A DNA stretch of 64,000 nt from Tubulanus polymorphus (Eukaryota > Animalia > Nemertea), in the NCBI RefSeq assembly GCF_964204645.1, contig NC_134033.1:3678131-3742130 (forward strand), given 5' to 3'. Positions 11,001 through 22,700 of this stretch are shown piece after piece. The notes under the pieces were generated by a model. That model had not been told where the DNA came from. It searched no databases and saw only the letters and a list, made by a program, of their open reading frames with translations. How positions within the stretch are numbered: the first letter of the stretch is position 1; each line of letters opens with the position of its first letter. The position numbers and the translations under genes were made by a program.

Positions 11001-13703
11001 GGAATCCATCAATTTTATACATTCGAGTTTTCAAAATTTGACGCAGGGGTCAATCTGCAGCCGCAGAACCAGCCCCCTCCGACCGCGAAATGTGTGGGCG
11101 ATCATTTTTTGAAAGTGTGCTGATAAAATGTCTGGGGCCAGTTGCTCAAAGGTTGGTTAGAGCTAACCAGTGGATAGTTGATATGGTGACAATTGAAATT
11201 TCATTGTTACTATGGTATTTAACGGCCGGTTATCTTTAACCAAACTTTGAGCAACTGTCCCCAGGTGTTTGTAGTTCATTTTCAATTAAAAATGTCTCGG
11301 GTGAAGTTTTGAACACATGTGAAGTGTGGACGATCAGTTTTTGAAAGTGTGCTGATAAAATGTCTGGTGTTTGAAGTTCATTTTCAATTAAAAATGTCTC
11401 GGGTGAAGTTTTGAACACATGTGAAGTGTGGACGATCAGTTTTTGAAAATGTGCTGATAAAATGTCTGATGTCCAGTGTATTTAGTTCATTTTCGTTTAA
11501 AAATGTCTAAAGTGCTGCGCTGAACACAAGCGAAGTGCGGATGATCAACTTTCTTAAGTCTGCTGATACCCGAGGAGGTACAAGGGCCCAGCAGGCGCGG
11601 TGATCCAGAATTTTTTCCAGGAGGGGGTTCGTAAAAATGTTAATGTTAAACTACCGACTAAAATCTCTAATGAAGGGCCTATATGGCATATTGTTTTCGA
11701 CCAAACATGTGATACTCGATTAAGTGGTACTCTCTACCCGCTTTGTCTTGAGTAGGCCTACATTGCTTCAAGAAAACGATTAAAATTTTTTTTAGCTGAG
11801 CAGAGGGGGGTCACGATCCCTAAAACCCCCTCTGGATCCGCGCCTGTTGTAAGGCCCGCGCTGCCGGCTCGTCTCTGCGACTCACCTCTTCAGTAACGTA
11901 CGAATACATGCGATAGTTCGTTTTCCACTTTTCCGCCGTCGCGTCGACGTAAAATCCGGCTCCGCTGCCGAAATCGTAGCTATCGTCCTCGCCCTCGATG
12001 TTACAGCCGCGCGGACTCGTATCGGGCGCCACTAAAATCAGGCCGTGTTCGGCCGCGTATTTTTGCGCGCCGGCCTTCGATACGAAGTTTTGTTCCGTAC
12101 AAGTCAACCCTAAAATTTCAAAGATAGTAATTTTTCTACTTCTATGTCTGGAAATGCATCAGTTGGACTAATAAACACCTGAGTCATCTAAGGAGTCAAT
12201 TCATACCCGCTTATCAGAGAAACTGTGGAGTCTTTGAGTCATTATGCCAAACATAATAACTCTGGAGTCTTTTTCAACCCATGAACGAACCCACTTCCAC
12301 AAACAGAATTATTCACTTCGAGACTTTTTTCGGGATGTTGGACCCAAAACCAGAATCATTCCTATTGTTAAATCGTTTTTCTAGTTTAATTTACAAGGAT
12401 TTAGGGGTGGACAGGGTGGACTGGTCAACCTCCTTCGTAATTCGACTTGGTCCTCCTCAGTCTTGAAAAGTATTACAAATAGACGAAATGTAAATCCAAA
12501 TCAGCCATATCATAAATTTTCTGTCGGAGGTCGACCACAATGTTCAATTGCAAACTTTGCCCTTTTCAAATTAAGTGCCCAATCCAATTTTCAGGTCCAC
12601 CCCCTTCAAAGAATCCGCCCTCGATTTGATTCACAAAGTCATATATTCAAGATAATTACCTGATAGCCAGTAAAGAACAGGGCATTTCTCCGAATCGGCT
12701 TTCGGAGGCAGATAAATACCGAAATTCATCTTACATTTCAACTCCTTACTGAAAATAAATAGTATTTAACAAGGCTTTAGATTCAGCAGGAATAATCTAT
12801 CAAACCTGACTGGAATGGTAAGATTTGTTTTGATAAGCCTTTATTAGACAACATAATATAATATCAAGCTACTAAATTGGAGTAGACCCTTCCTCACTTG
12901 CCGGGGTTTGACTGCTGCCCGCTGAAGCTCACGCCACCTAATGTCTATTTATTAATGGATGAGACCTGTTTTTCTTGTTTTTCTCATCAATTAATAAATA
13001 GACATTAGTTACAAACCCTTTATTGGTCTATCACATTGCCTAAGGTGGACAGGTTCCCACTCAGTGGCCACCAGTCTATGTATTAAGCCAATCAGATGCA
13101 TTTTATATTTTACGGGCAGGTTTGCTCTACCAATTCAATGCATCTGATTGGCTTAATACATAGACTTGTAGCCACTGAGCGGGAGCCTGTCCAACTAAAA
13201 TAATTTGGGTAATGTAATGGACCATTGAAGGGTTTGTGACCAGGGCCCAATTTCACAAAAAAGTCTAATTCAACATTTTTGGTGTAATTGCCTATGACAA
13301 TGTTCATGTTTTCAATGAGGACAACAATCTAATCTAAACCATTTTTAGGCTTACACTTTTTCGTGAAACTGGGCCCACCAGTTAAATTTCAGTTAATTCA
13401 GACCTTAATCCTTTCTGCGAAACTGGGCCCTGGGTTTATCTGTTTACGTTGGGAGGCAATCAAACCCCGGCAAGTGAGGGTTGAGTACACCGAGTAGGAC
13501 AGTTTCAAACACTTTGTCACGAAAGGTTTGAAAAAATATCCGATAGTAAGATTAAATTCATCGAGGGGTGGTGTTGACCCTCGCGAGCCTCCTCACAGTC
13601 CTCGGAGGCGTCGTCCGAGTCTGTCATTTTACCTTTCATGGCTGAACACTTTCTGAAAGCCGCCGAACATTTTATTGCAGGAAACCTGAGTGACGACTGC
13701 CAT
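8037..13703 (-). CDS. ESD: S-formylglutathione hydrolase / esterase D, 283 aa, 8 coding exons
   Basis: Exons 13703-13633, 12748-12660, 12109-11886, 10964-10900, 10716-10563, 9452-9387, 9305-9204 and 8117-8037 total 852 nt, all GT-AG and in phase. Hallmark motifs: [35 protein letters not shown], nucleophile GHSMGG (split by intron 4), [18 protein letters not shown]. Candidate AATAAA at 7451-7456 (-). Confidence 0.98.
8150..8693. repeat. Minisatellite, ~92-bp unit x ~6, ESD intron 7
   Basis: tttgtgaaatacagtagactctgtctcttactgcgg (minor variants) recurs at 8221, 8313, 8405, 8496 and 8588, with a partial copy at 8680. Confidence 0.95.
8857..9149. mobile_element. piggyBac-like MITE (TTAA target site)
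   Basis: TTAA|CCCTTTCAGTGC ... GCACTGAAAGGG|TTAA. Related full or partial copies at ~7491, 16258-16528, 23220, 37275-37356, 54580-54755 and 56352-56594. Confidence 0.85.
9571..10200. repeat. Minisatellite, 47-bp unit x ~13, ESD intron 5
   Basis: The unit agaaccaaaatgagcttagactggtcttaagttgttagattgtctat repeats at 47-nt spacing. The same family occurs inverted at ~50900-51190. Confidence 0.95.
11592..11846. mobile_element. MITE with CAGGCGCGG(TG)ATCCAG-type terminal inverted repeats
   Basis: caggcgcggtgatccag ... ctggatccgcgcctg. A second copy with a homologous interior lies at ~15295-15536. Confidence 0.7.
12890..13482. mobile_element. Palindromic MITE with a nested Harbinger-like MITE (13243-13431)
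   Basis: TIRs cctcacttgccggggtttga / tcaaaccccggcaagtgagg, with near-duplicated flanks gagtagacc / gagtacacc. An uninterrupted family member lies at 47281-47581. The nested element is bounded by gggccc...tttcac / gaaactgggccc. Confidence 0.75.
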
Positions 13704-16700
13704 GTTTATAAATCGTTTCTGACGAGTGGCGCAAACTAGAAACGAAAGAAAACAACGAACTATTTATTTGGGAGGAATAAAGACAGACTACTTGTCGCCG
13801 GTAGTTTCTCTGTCATAAGCTCGATAAACCGAATGTCAGTCGCTAAATCTTTTCTAGAATTTAAGATTCGATACTTATTGTTATTCGAATAATCTATTTA
13901 TGAAGTTTTACTAATCGATTTCTGTTCTTACCTATTTTAAACGAAGTTTTCAACGAGAAAGTGGCTTTCTTCAACCCGGAAATCATACAGCCAGTAGATG
14001 GCAGCACCGTACGGAGTTGGGTTAGTAGAAGCGGGTTTGAACCCGTTTCGACATAAAAAATATACCGCCTAAAAGCTTATACCTTATTCTACCCCTAAAA
14101 AAACCACATACCCCTACCCTTGCAGCTTTTACTCTTCCCAAAGTTTGTATCGAGATATCATTAGCCCAAACCTCTACCACAGGGCCAGGACTCGGGACTC
14201 GCGGATCCAGCACGATCGCCGATCTAATCCAATGACATCCACTTTTGGGGGATCTATTAAGATCTTTATCGCTTTTTATTGCTACTAAAACAACAGAATT
14301 GCTGTAAGGTGACGGTTATCGGGAGATAAAGCTAGTCAGCCATAATATAAAGCCATAATACATCAAGTCATTTTAAATTGTTCGGGTGTGACAAGTTGGC
14401 CAAGTCAGCCAGCCAATCACTTATGATCGCTGTTCTATTCAAACCACAAATTTCTTTGACCACCACTGACCAATTCAAACTTGAATATGAGAACGATACC
14501 ACTAGAAAGGATTCACCATTGTAAATTCATAAATCGACCGCAATGACCAATTCAGATGCGTTGTATTGGTAGGTAATTGGAGGAACCAGCTCGTAGAGCG
14601 CGGCGTAATCGCGAGGATGATCACCAGGATGATCGCCGGGATGAACGCCATATTCGAAATCCTGTCAGCACAGTGTGAAGATCAAGAGATGAATGACTGG
14701 CCTAGTGATTCTACTCACGGTCGGCCGGTGGCGTATTTCAATATTGACCAATAAATGCAGCCGCGCTGTTGTCTTTGTTGAAAGGGTTTACATTGATGTT
14801 TGTAGATCGTTCCGGGCGCTATTGAATATTGATCTATAGAAATATCATTGAACGAACATTTCGAATTGTCGAAGTTACCGCATGATAAAACACTGACGCG
14901 ACGTCACCTTTATGCAACCGGCATATGGAATAAACTTGATCGAAAACTAATAGCAAACAATTTGAATCCCCACTGCTTCCATGCTGCGATGATGCTGCCA
15001 TGGAAATAAACTGGCCGTTTTCAGACCCTTCGTTGCAACGAAGTTTACCATTTACCGACGGTTATACTTCGTAATCAAATGCAAAAAACATCAACCAACT
15101 TAATTATATTAAATGAACGTAAATTTCCTCAAATGGTGAACGCAGTTTTTCTAGGAAAGCTTTACCATTAATTGAATAATGTCTACAGTTTCGGTGTTTT
15201 TATGTTCTCATGTTTTGCAATGGCATTTTAATAATTTTAGGTCGATAACTGCAGAAGATTAAATTCGCCTCAGGGCGGTTGATATCTGCAGAAGCTAGGA
15301 TTTTTCCAGGAGGGGGCCTTCATAAAGAATTAAACCGCCGACAAAAATCTCTTATCGGGGGCCTATACGGCATAATGTTTGGCCAAACATAAGATGATTT
15401 GGTCCCGAGTATGTGGTACTGTCCGCCCGCTTTGTCTTGAGTACAAGTCATCCAGATGAAAAATCAATTAAACAATTTTTTTGGTAGCTGAGCAGGAGGG
15501 GAAACGACCCCTGAAACCCCCTCTGGATCCGCGCCTCGACTTCCTTGTGAATAAAACCAATATCAATGACCAATCCCAGTATCCCTGTTTTATTTCTGTC
15601 ATACAGGGTTACTGGGGTTGGTCATTGATACTGGCTTCATTCATCCACTATCAATTGTGACAAGTCCCTACAAAATGGCAGAGTAGAGTAAGACATCTAT
15701 GAGCTCAAAAACAATCGCCAAAAAAAGAACAAGGGGTCTCGTGATGAAAACAATTTATTTTCCGACTAAATTAACTTGTAATATACTTCAAGAAAAGCAC
15801 AAATCATACTATTGACTCTAAAATAGATATAATACATAATAATATTGAATATTAATTGTAGAAAATACAAAAATTATTGTTAAAATTTCTGGATGGATTT
15901 TTATCAAGGAAATGAAAAATCAGACGAGTTGTTGCCGAGGACGGATTTTGATTTTTTGTTTGTGTGGAACAAAAAACGTAAACAAAACATTGAAAACTGT
16001 TCAATTAGAGATCTTTGACACATCGAAAATACATCGAATAAATGTTTAAACCGAAACAAGAAAATCGATTTAAGATGTTTGAAATGCTGAAACTACGCAA
16101 TAAAGATCTTTGAAAATCAGGCATGAAAACCATTTGAGTTACGCTTCAAACATACAGTAGACCAGGGAAGTGAGTAGACATTGCCTATAGCGGTAGCAGG
16201 GTTACCGGTAAAATGTTTAGGCTTTAAGACAAATATCGTGGATTATTTTAACATTAACCCTTTCAGTGCTGACTAATTAATTCTCGAAAGTGCCGCAGGT
16301 GATTAGAAAATTCGAAAAAATTCCACCCCAGTGCGTTGGATAGCAGCACACTGCTATATTGTCAACACTGCGGTGCGGTGTATTGTTAGTGCTAATAGTT
16401 GATCCACTAAGTTTCATCACAGATAAAAATTGATAACCAATTACATCAGTACACCACAGTGCAGTGTTCTAGTTAAGTGGATCACTGATTTATACACCGC
16501 ACTGTGGTGTCAAAGCACTGAAACAGCCTTAACAAGCAATAGGGACAGAATATCTTTTTATCATTCTACCAGTTTGAACAGATTACCGATTAGACCGGCA
16601 CTGCTCGAGTCTACTGTATATTTCACACAGTCCCGCGAGCTACTCCCCCTAATTACGGGTGATATCTACATTAATCAGCACATCTCGAGTGTAGTATCTA

Positions 16701-16762
16701 CAGATAGCGAGGGGGGTCGGGTTGTTTGCAGTCGAATCTGCGGTGACACGATACGCGAAGGT

Positions 16763-19700
16763 TCAACGCAACGCTTCAACTTCCGCCTCGTCGTTTATCT
16801 GTTCATCGAGTTCTTCGTTCAATAAATCCCTAGAAAATAAAATAAATAAGCTAAAGTAGACATCTTTATTCAGGATCGGCAATTTCCTACCATTTAAAAC
16901 TTCCCATAGTTTTCCCTGATTTCTCCACGTTAACACAAAATTCCCCTTGAGTGAATCAGAGAAATTTCTAGCTTTAAATGTTACAATTCATTTTTCATTG
17001 AATCGCGTATTGATAAAAATACGCATGGTCGATAACGTTATCCTAATTTCCTGGGCCCGGTTTTATAGACCGGTATTACCTTTAACCCAAGGGGCTAACT
17101 CAATTGAAAATGAATTGAGTTAGCCCCCGGGTTAAAGGTAATGCCAGTCTGTAAAACCAGCTCCTGAGTTTTCCAGGTTATTGGCAAAATTTGAATCCTC
17201 CCTGATTTTTTCTAGGTTTTTCTGATTTCCTTAGTTTTCAAGGTCAGTGGCGACGCTGTTATTGGAGAAGGGGTAACTGATAGGATCATCTGGGCGGACA
17301 TCAAAGGACGGCGGTCAGCAGACTTGGTTTTGGCGTTAATGGGTTAATGGGTTTAAACTCCGTTTCTAGTTCAGGGAAATACTTACACCATGAACTCTTC
17401 ATTTTGATCGGGCGAATCGAGACCTCGTCCCGGGCTGTAATCGTTAGTGATTCCCAATTCTTTATCTTCCTCGTCTAAACTGTCATCATCGGCGTCCTCT
17501 AGCCACAGTGACAACCGCGATATCTTACCATCATCTATAAAACACAGAAAACGAAAACGAAATTTTTTTAAAATTGAAAATGAACTGCAAACACCAGACA
17601 TTAGACATTTTATCAGCACACTTTCAAAAACTGATCATCCACACTTCACATGTGTTCAGAACTTCACCTGAGACATTTCTAATTGTAAATGAACTACAAA
17701 CACCAGACATTAGACATTTTATCAGCACACTTTCAAAAACTGATCGTCCACACTTCACATGTGTTCAGTGCTTCACCTGAGACATTTCTAATTGTAAATG
17801 AACTACAAACACCAGACATTAGACATTTTATCAGCACACTTTCAAAAACTGATCGTCCACACTTCACATGTGTTCAGTACTTCAACTGAGACATTTTTAA
17901 TTGAAAATGAACTACAGACACCAGACATTAGACATTTTATCAGCACACTTTCGAAAATTGATCTTCCACACTTTATATGTGTTCAGTTCATCACCTGAGA
18001 CATTTTAAATTGAAAATTAACTACAAACACCAGAAATTAGACATTATTTTTATGAACTCACATTTTAAAACTTAGCGTTAACTCACACAACAATAAGTCT
18101 GCAGGGGTGAAAGTTCCAGGCTGCGGATTAATACAAACATTAGAAATAGGTATCTAAATAGATATTTACCAGTAATATGACCGGTTTGCGAAGCTAGTTC
18201 CCATTCTAATTCGCCGAGCGTGCGGTCGTCTTGCGTCTGTTGATATCGACGAGCCGTCGACGGGCAGACGTCGTCGTCGTATTCGGTCATATCTTTACCG
18301 TCGACCACTGAAAGTGTGAAGATCATTAATTCATCTATGATCTCTTCATCCCTTTAGAGTAGTAGTAGCAGGGAGGCCACTTTCCACCGATTAAGAATTC
18401 CCTAAGTTTTCTACGTCACAACACAACACAAAATTCCCCGAGTGAATCCGAGAAAATTCCTTGGTTCGTAACAATTCATTCATTTTTCATTCAATCAGGG
18501 GTCATTTATTTATTACGTACGCATTAGGGGAGGGGGAGGGGTCAGTGCAATTGCATACTGTAATGCTTAATGTAGATGAAAAAATGGCCGATTTTGCGTA
18601 GAGGGGGAGGGGGGGTTGAAAAATCCAAATTTTATGCGTACGTAATAGATGAATGATCCCTCGAAACAACGAAACACGTGGCCGATAATGTATCCAAATT
18701 TCCATAGTTTTATAATAATAACAATAATAATAATAATTTATTAAGCCTGAATTCCATATAAAACAATACATAGACAGACATCAGCATATATGCTTAAATA
18801 TGTCTTAAGACAATTTTCAAAAGGTTTCTGGTATGATTTTTTCTAGACTTTTCTGATTCCCTGAGTTTTCCAGGTTTTTCAGGTCAGTAGCGCCACCCTG
18901 TAATTGGCCCTGTGGACCAATTTAACTACCATTACAGTAAAAATGAATTAATTTCATATCCGCACCGTAAATTTAACTCATTATCGAACTAGATTCAACT
19001 GATATATTTTCACTTACTAATCATCGTCGATTCACGGCCGGACGTCGAAGATTTGTAGACGTCGTTTCTTTCGCCGGCGGCCGAGTAGCTCAACGACGAC
19101 GCCGACCGGATGAAACTTTTACTCAGTCTCGGAGAATTGACGTCGCGGACGGATTTAGTCGGTGTGCGTCTGCCGACGAATGACGAGCGGCTCGCGTTCG
19201 GTTTCGGCGACGCCGGTTTGCGAGGTCTGAAAAAAATACATCCATGAGTTCGGTCAAGACTTGATGAAATCAACAAAATGGGTTTAGACTGGTCTTGGAT
19301 AAAATGTACAGGTATCAATCTGAGCCTGGCTATAACCATTCAAACATTCACGATTGAAGCGTGAAAAGTGGACGATGAAAGTGTGCTGATAAAATGTCTA
19401 ATGTCTGGTGTTTGTAGTTAATTTTCAATGTCTCAGGTGATGTTCTGAACACATGTGAAGTGTGGACGATCAGTTTTTAAAAGCGTACTGATAAGATGTC
19501 TGTCTGAGGGGGTGCAACAGGTTTTGACTGGTCTTCAATCTACGGCTCCCCCAACAAAATTAAAATGACTGCATATCTGATCAACTCACTGTTTGACTGT
19601 CGTTGTTTGTTCCGGTTGCCATTCTTTCGGCAGACGCGGCGTCAACGTCTCCAATTCTCGTAAATACGTCCGAGTTTCCGACGTCGATTCGACGTCTTCT

Positions 19701-22700
19701 TCTAAGGCGACCGAATAACTGTGACCTTGAACGTCATCAACACTCACGCAGTCACCGAGACTGCTGTCCGGGCGCCAAGCTTTCGGCGACATTTGATAAA
19801 CTGAAAATAACAAAATGTCAGAATTCTTTTTCTTAAACAAGACAGTAAAACCAAGGGGGTAACACCCTCAGTAACATCTTTCATATTTTTGTTCAAATTA
19901 ATCAGTTATCAACAGTAAGACCCTCAGTAACATCTTTCATATTTCTGCTCAAATTAATCAGTAATCAACAGTAAGACCCTCAGTAACATCTTTCATATTT
20001 CTGCTCAAATTAATCAGTAATCAACAGTAAGACCCTCAGTAACATCTTTCATATTTCTGCTCAAATTAATCAGTAACCAACAGTAAGACCCTCAAAAAAC
20101 ACCTTTCATATTTCTGCTCAAATTAATCAGTAATGAACAGTAAGAACCTCAAGAAACATCTTTCATATTTCTGCTCAAATTAATCAGTAACCAACAGTAA
20201 GACCCTCAAAAAACACCTTTCATATTTCTGCTCAAATTAATCAGTAATCAACAGTAAGAACCTCAAGAAACACCTTTCATATTATTGTTCAAATGAATAA
20301 GTAATCAACAGTAAGACCCTCAGTAACATCACTCATATTTCTGTTCAAATTAATCAGTATTCAACAGTAAGACTCTCAGTAACATCTTTCATATTTCTGC
20401 TCAAATGAATGAGTAATCAACAGTAAGACCCTGAAGACACACCCTTCATATTTCTGCTCAAATTAATCCATAATCAACAGTAAGACCCTCATTAACATCT
20501 TTCATATTTTCAAATGCATCACACAAATGAAATCAGTATTTATTGTTAGAAAATAGAATCAAATACTGAAAATCAGAAACAGTTGACAGCTATGTAAATG
20601 GTAGATAAGTCAATTGTAAATTGTTGGCAATTGTTGACTGGCATGACTGTGGATACATACGTTTAAAACTAACAGGTTGTTTCTTCGCCGCCGAATGATT
20701 GCGGCGTTCACCGCTCGGTGTTAAAGTGCGTTCAACCGGTTCGCGGATTTCTACTCCGGCCATCAGGAATTCTCCGATTCCGCTCCGATAGTTCGACGCC
20801 GCCGCGCTCGGAGCCGTCATTTTTGCGATCGCCGATAAACCGGCCGACGGCTTCTTAGTTAGAACTCCTTCGCTACAAAATAAATAAATCTCGTTAAAAA
20901 AAAACGATCAGATACATTTGTTACAAGATTCATATAAGACTGAGCCTTGTAACTGGCATGAAAAAAAGGGAATCTAAATATTCAGATGGACATTTTTCAC
21001 AGATCTTGAAATTTCTATGCTCCTGCACCCCTCTTATGAGCACAACTCTTAACAGGGGTTGATTGAGGGGGTGGTCTCAGATGTCTGTAGCCCTGCCTTC
21101 CCATTGTGGTGGCAAATAGATCCGCCCCTGATTAAGAGGAGTCTCTGTTGAGGTTTACGACGGTAGGCTTCTATACTATGTCCTACATTTATAAGCTAAT
21201 ACAAAATTATGTCCTAGTCTTAACTCTAAATCGCAATAAACTGCTGTAAAATCTTACATTTTGATTCTAGAACTCGGCCTCGAGTTTCGCGATTGAGGTC
21301 GTGAGTTCGCCCGTGATTGAGGTCGCGAGTTTGCCCGCGATTGAGGTCGCGAGGTCCCCGTGCTGATCGATTTCGCGTGAGACCGCGGCGTCGCGCGCGG
21401 AGTCCTCGTCGTCTGCTGACCTTTACGCGATTGCGACCTCGGTGGCAGCGACGCGTTGTCGTTCGTCGACGCGATCGTTTTAGGCGCGGGGCGGTGCACG
21501 TCGCTAGCACCAGGTGGCGTCTGTGACTTAGATTCTGATTTGATTGTGGCGACGGGAACGTTCTTCGCCCGTGAAGAGACATCTGGTGTCAATCGTGAAA
21601 TTTGACCATTTTCACTGGAAATAGAAATAAAGATGACCAACAATCAGTTCAATAGATGCCTATGGAACTGTAGAATACTTTTTCAAAAATTGTCATAGGA
21701 TGATGTAATCGGCGGATTTATGGGGAAGCCATCTTTAATGGAAGGTTTCATACAATTAACTAGCAGTTGATGTCATAGGGGGATTTATAGGAGGCAGCCA
21801 TATTTTTAGGATACATCTACTGGTATAGAATGAATGACCAGAGAATCTGATGATGTCATAGGGGGATCTAATGGGGAAATCATGTTCAGTGAAGGGTTTA
21901 TAGTTCAAATCACTAGGTAGATAATTTGATGATGTCATAGGGGGATTAATAGGCCATCTTTCCTAGAAAGGTCTGTAGATCGAACCACTAGACAATTTTT
22001 AAGTTATACGGGAACAACATTCTGGTAGGATCTCTCCTCTTGCTCCTTATATATATATATATATATTTACCTCGTTTGATTCAGATCTGTATTTGATCCG
22101 TATAAATCTTCGATTTTGTATCGCGACGACGACTGATTCAATATTGAACTACCCTGAAAAACAAATAAAAAATATTCCCAATAAATGTAGCAGGAAAGTT
22201 GATACGATTCCAATTTATAGGAAGAAATCGAAGTGCGGAAAACTGAGTAACTACTAGCGACATCTGGCGACACCACTGCAATAGTTAATATCCTACTGCA
22301 CACTAGCGACACCTGGTGGATCCTCCCTTATCACAAGTGGAATCCTCTATATTGCAGCAGTATCTGGTGCCCTACTGCACACTAGCGACACCTGGTGGAT
22401 CCTCATTTGCCACAAGCAGAATCTTGTATTGCCGCAGAATCTTGTATTGTCTACTGTCTCGCAACAACTGGAATCCTCAATTGCCGCAGTAGTTGATGAT
22501 CTACTGCACACTAGCGACACCTGGTGGATCCTCAGTTGCAACAAGTGAAATCCTCTATTGCCGCAGTAGTCGATGATCTACTGCACACTAGCGACACCTG
22601 GTGGATCCTCACTTGCAACAAGTGAAATCCTCTATTGCCGCAATATAGTTAATGTCCTACTGCACACTAGCGACACCTGGTTGAATCCACTATTGCCGCA

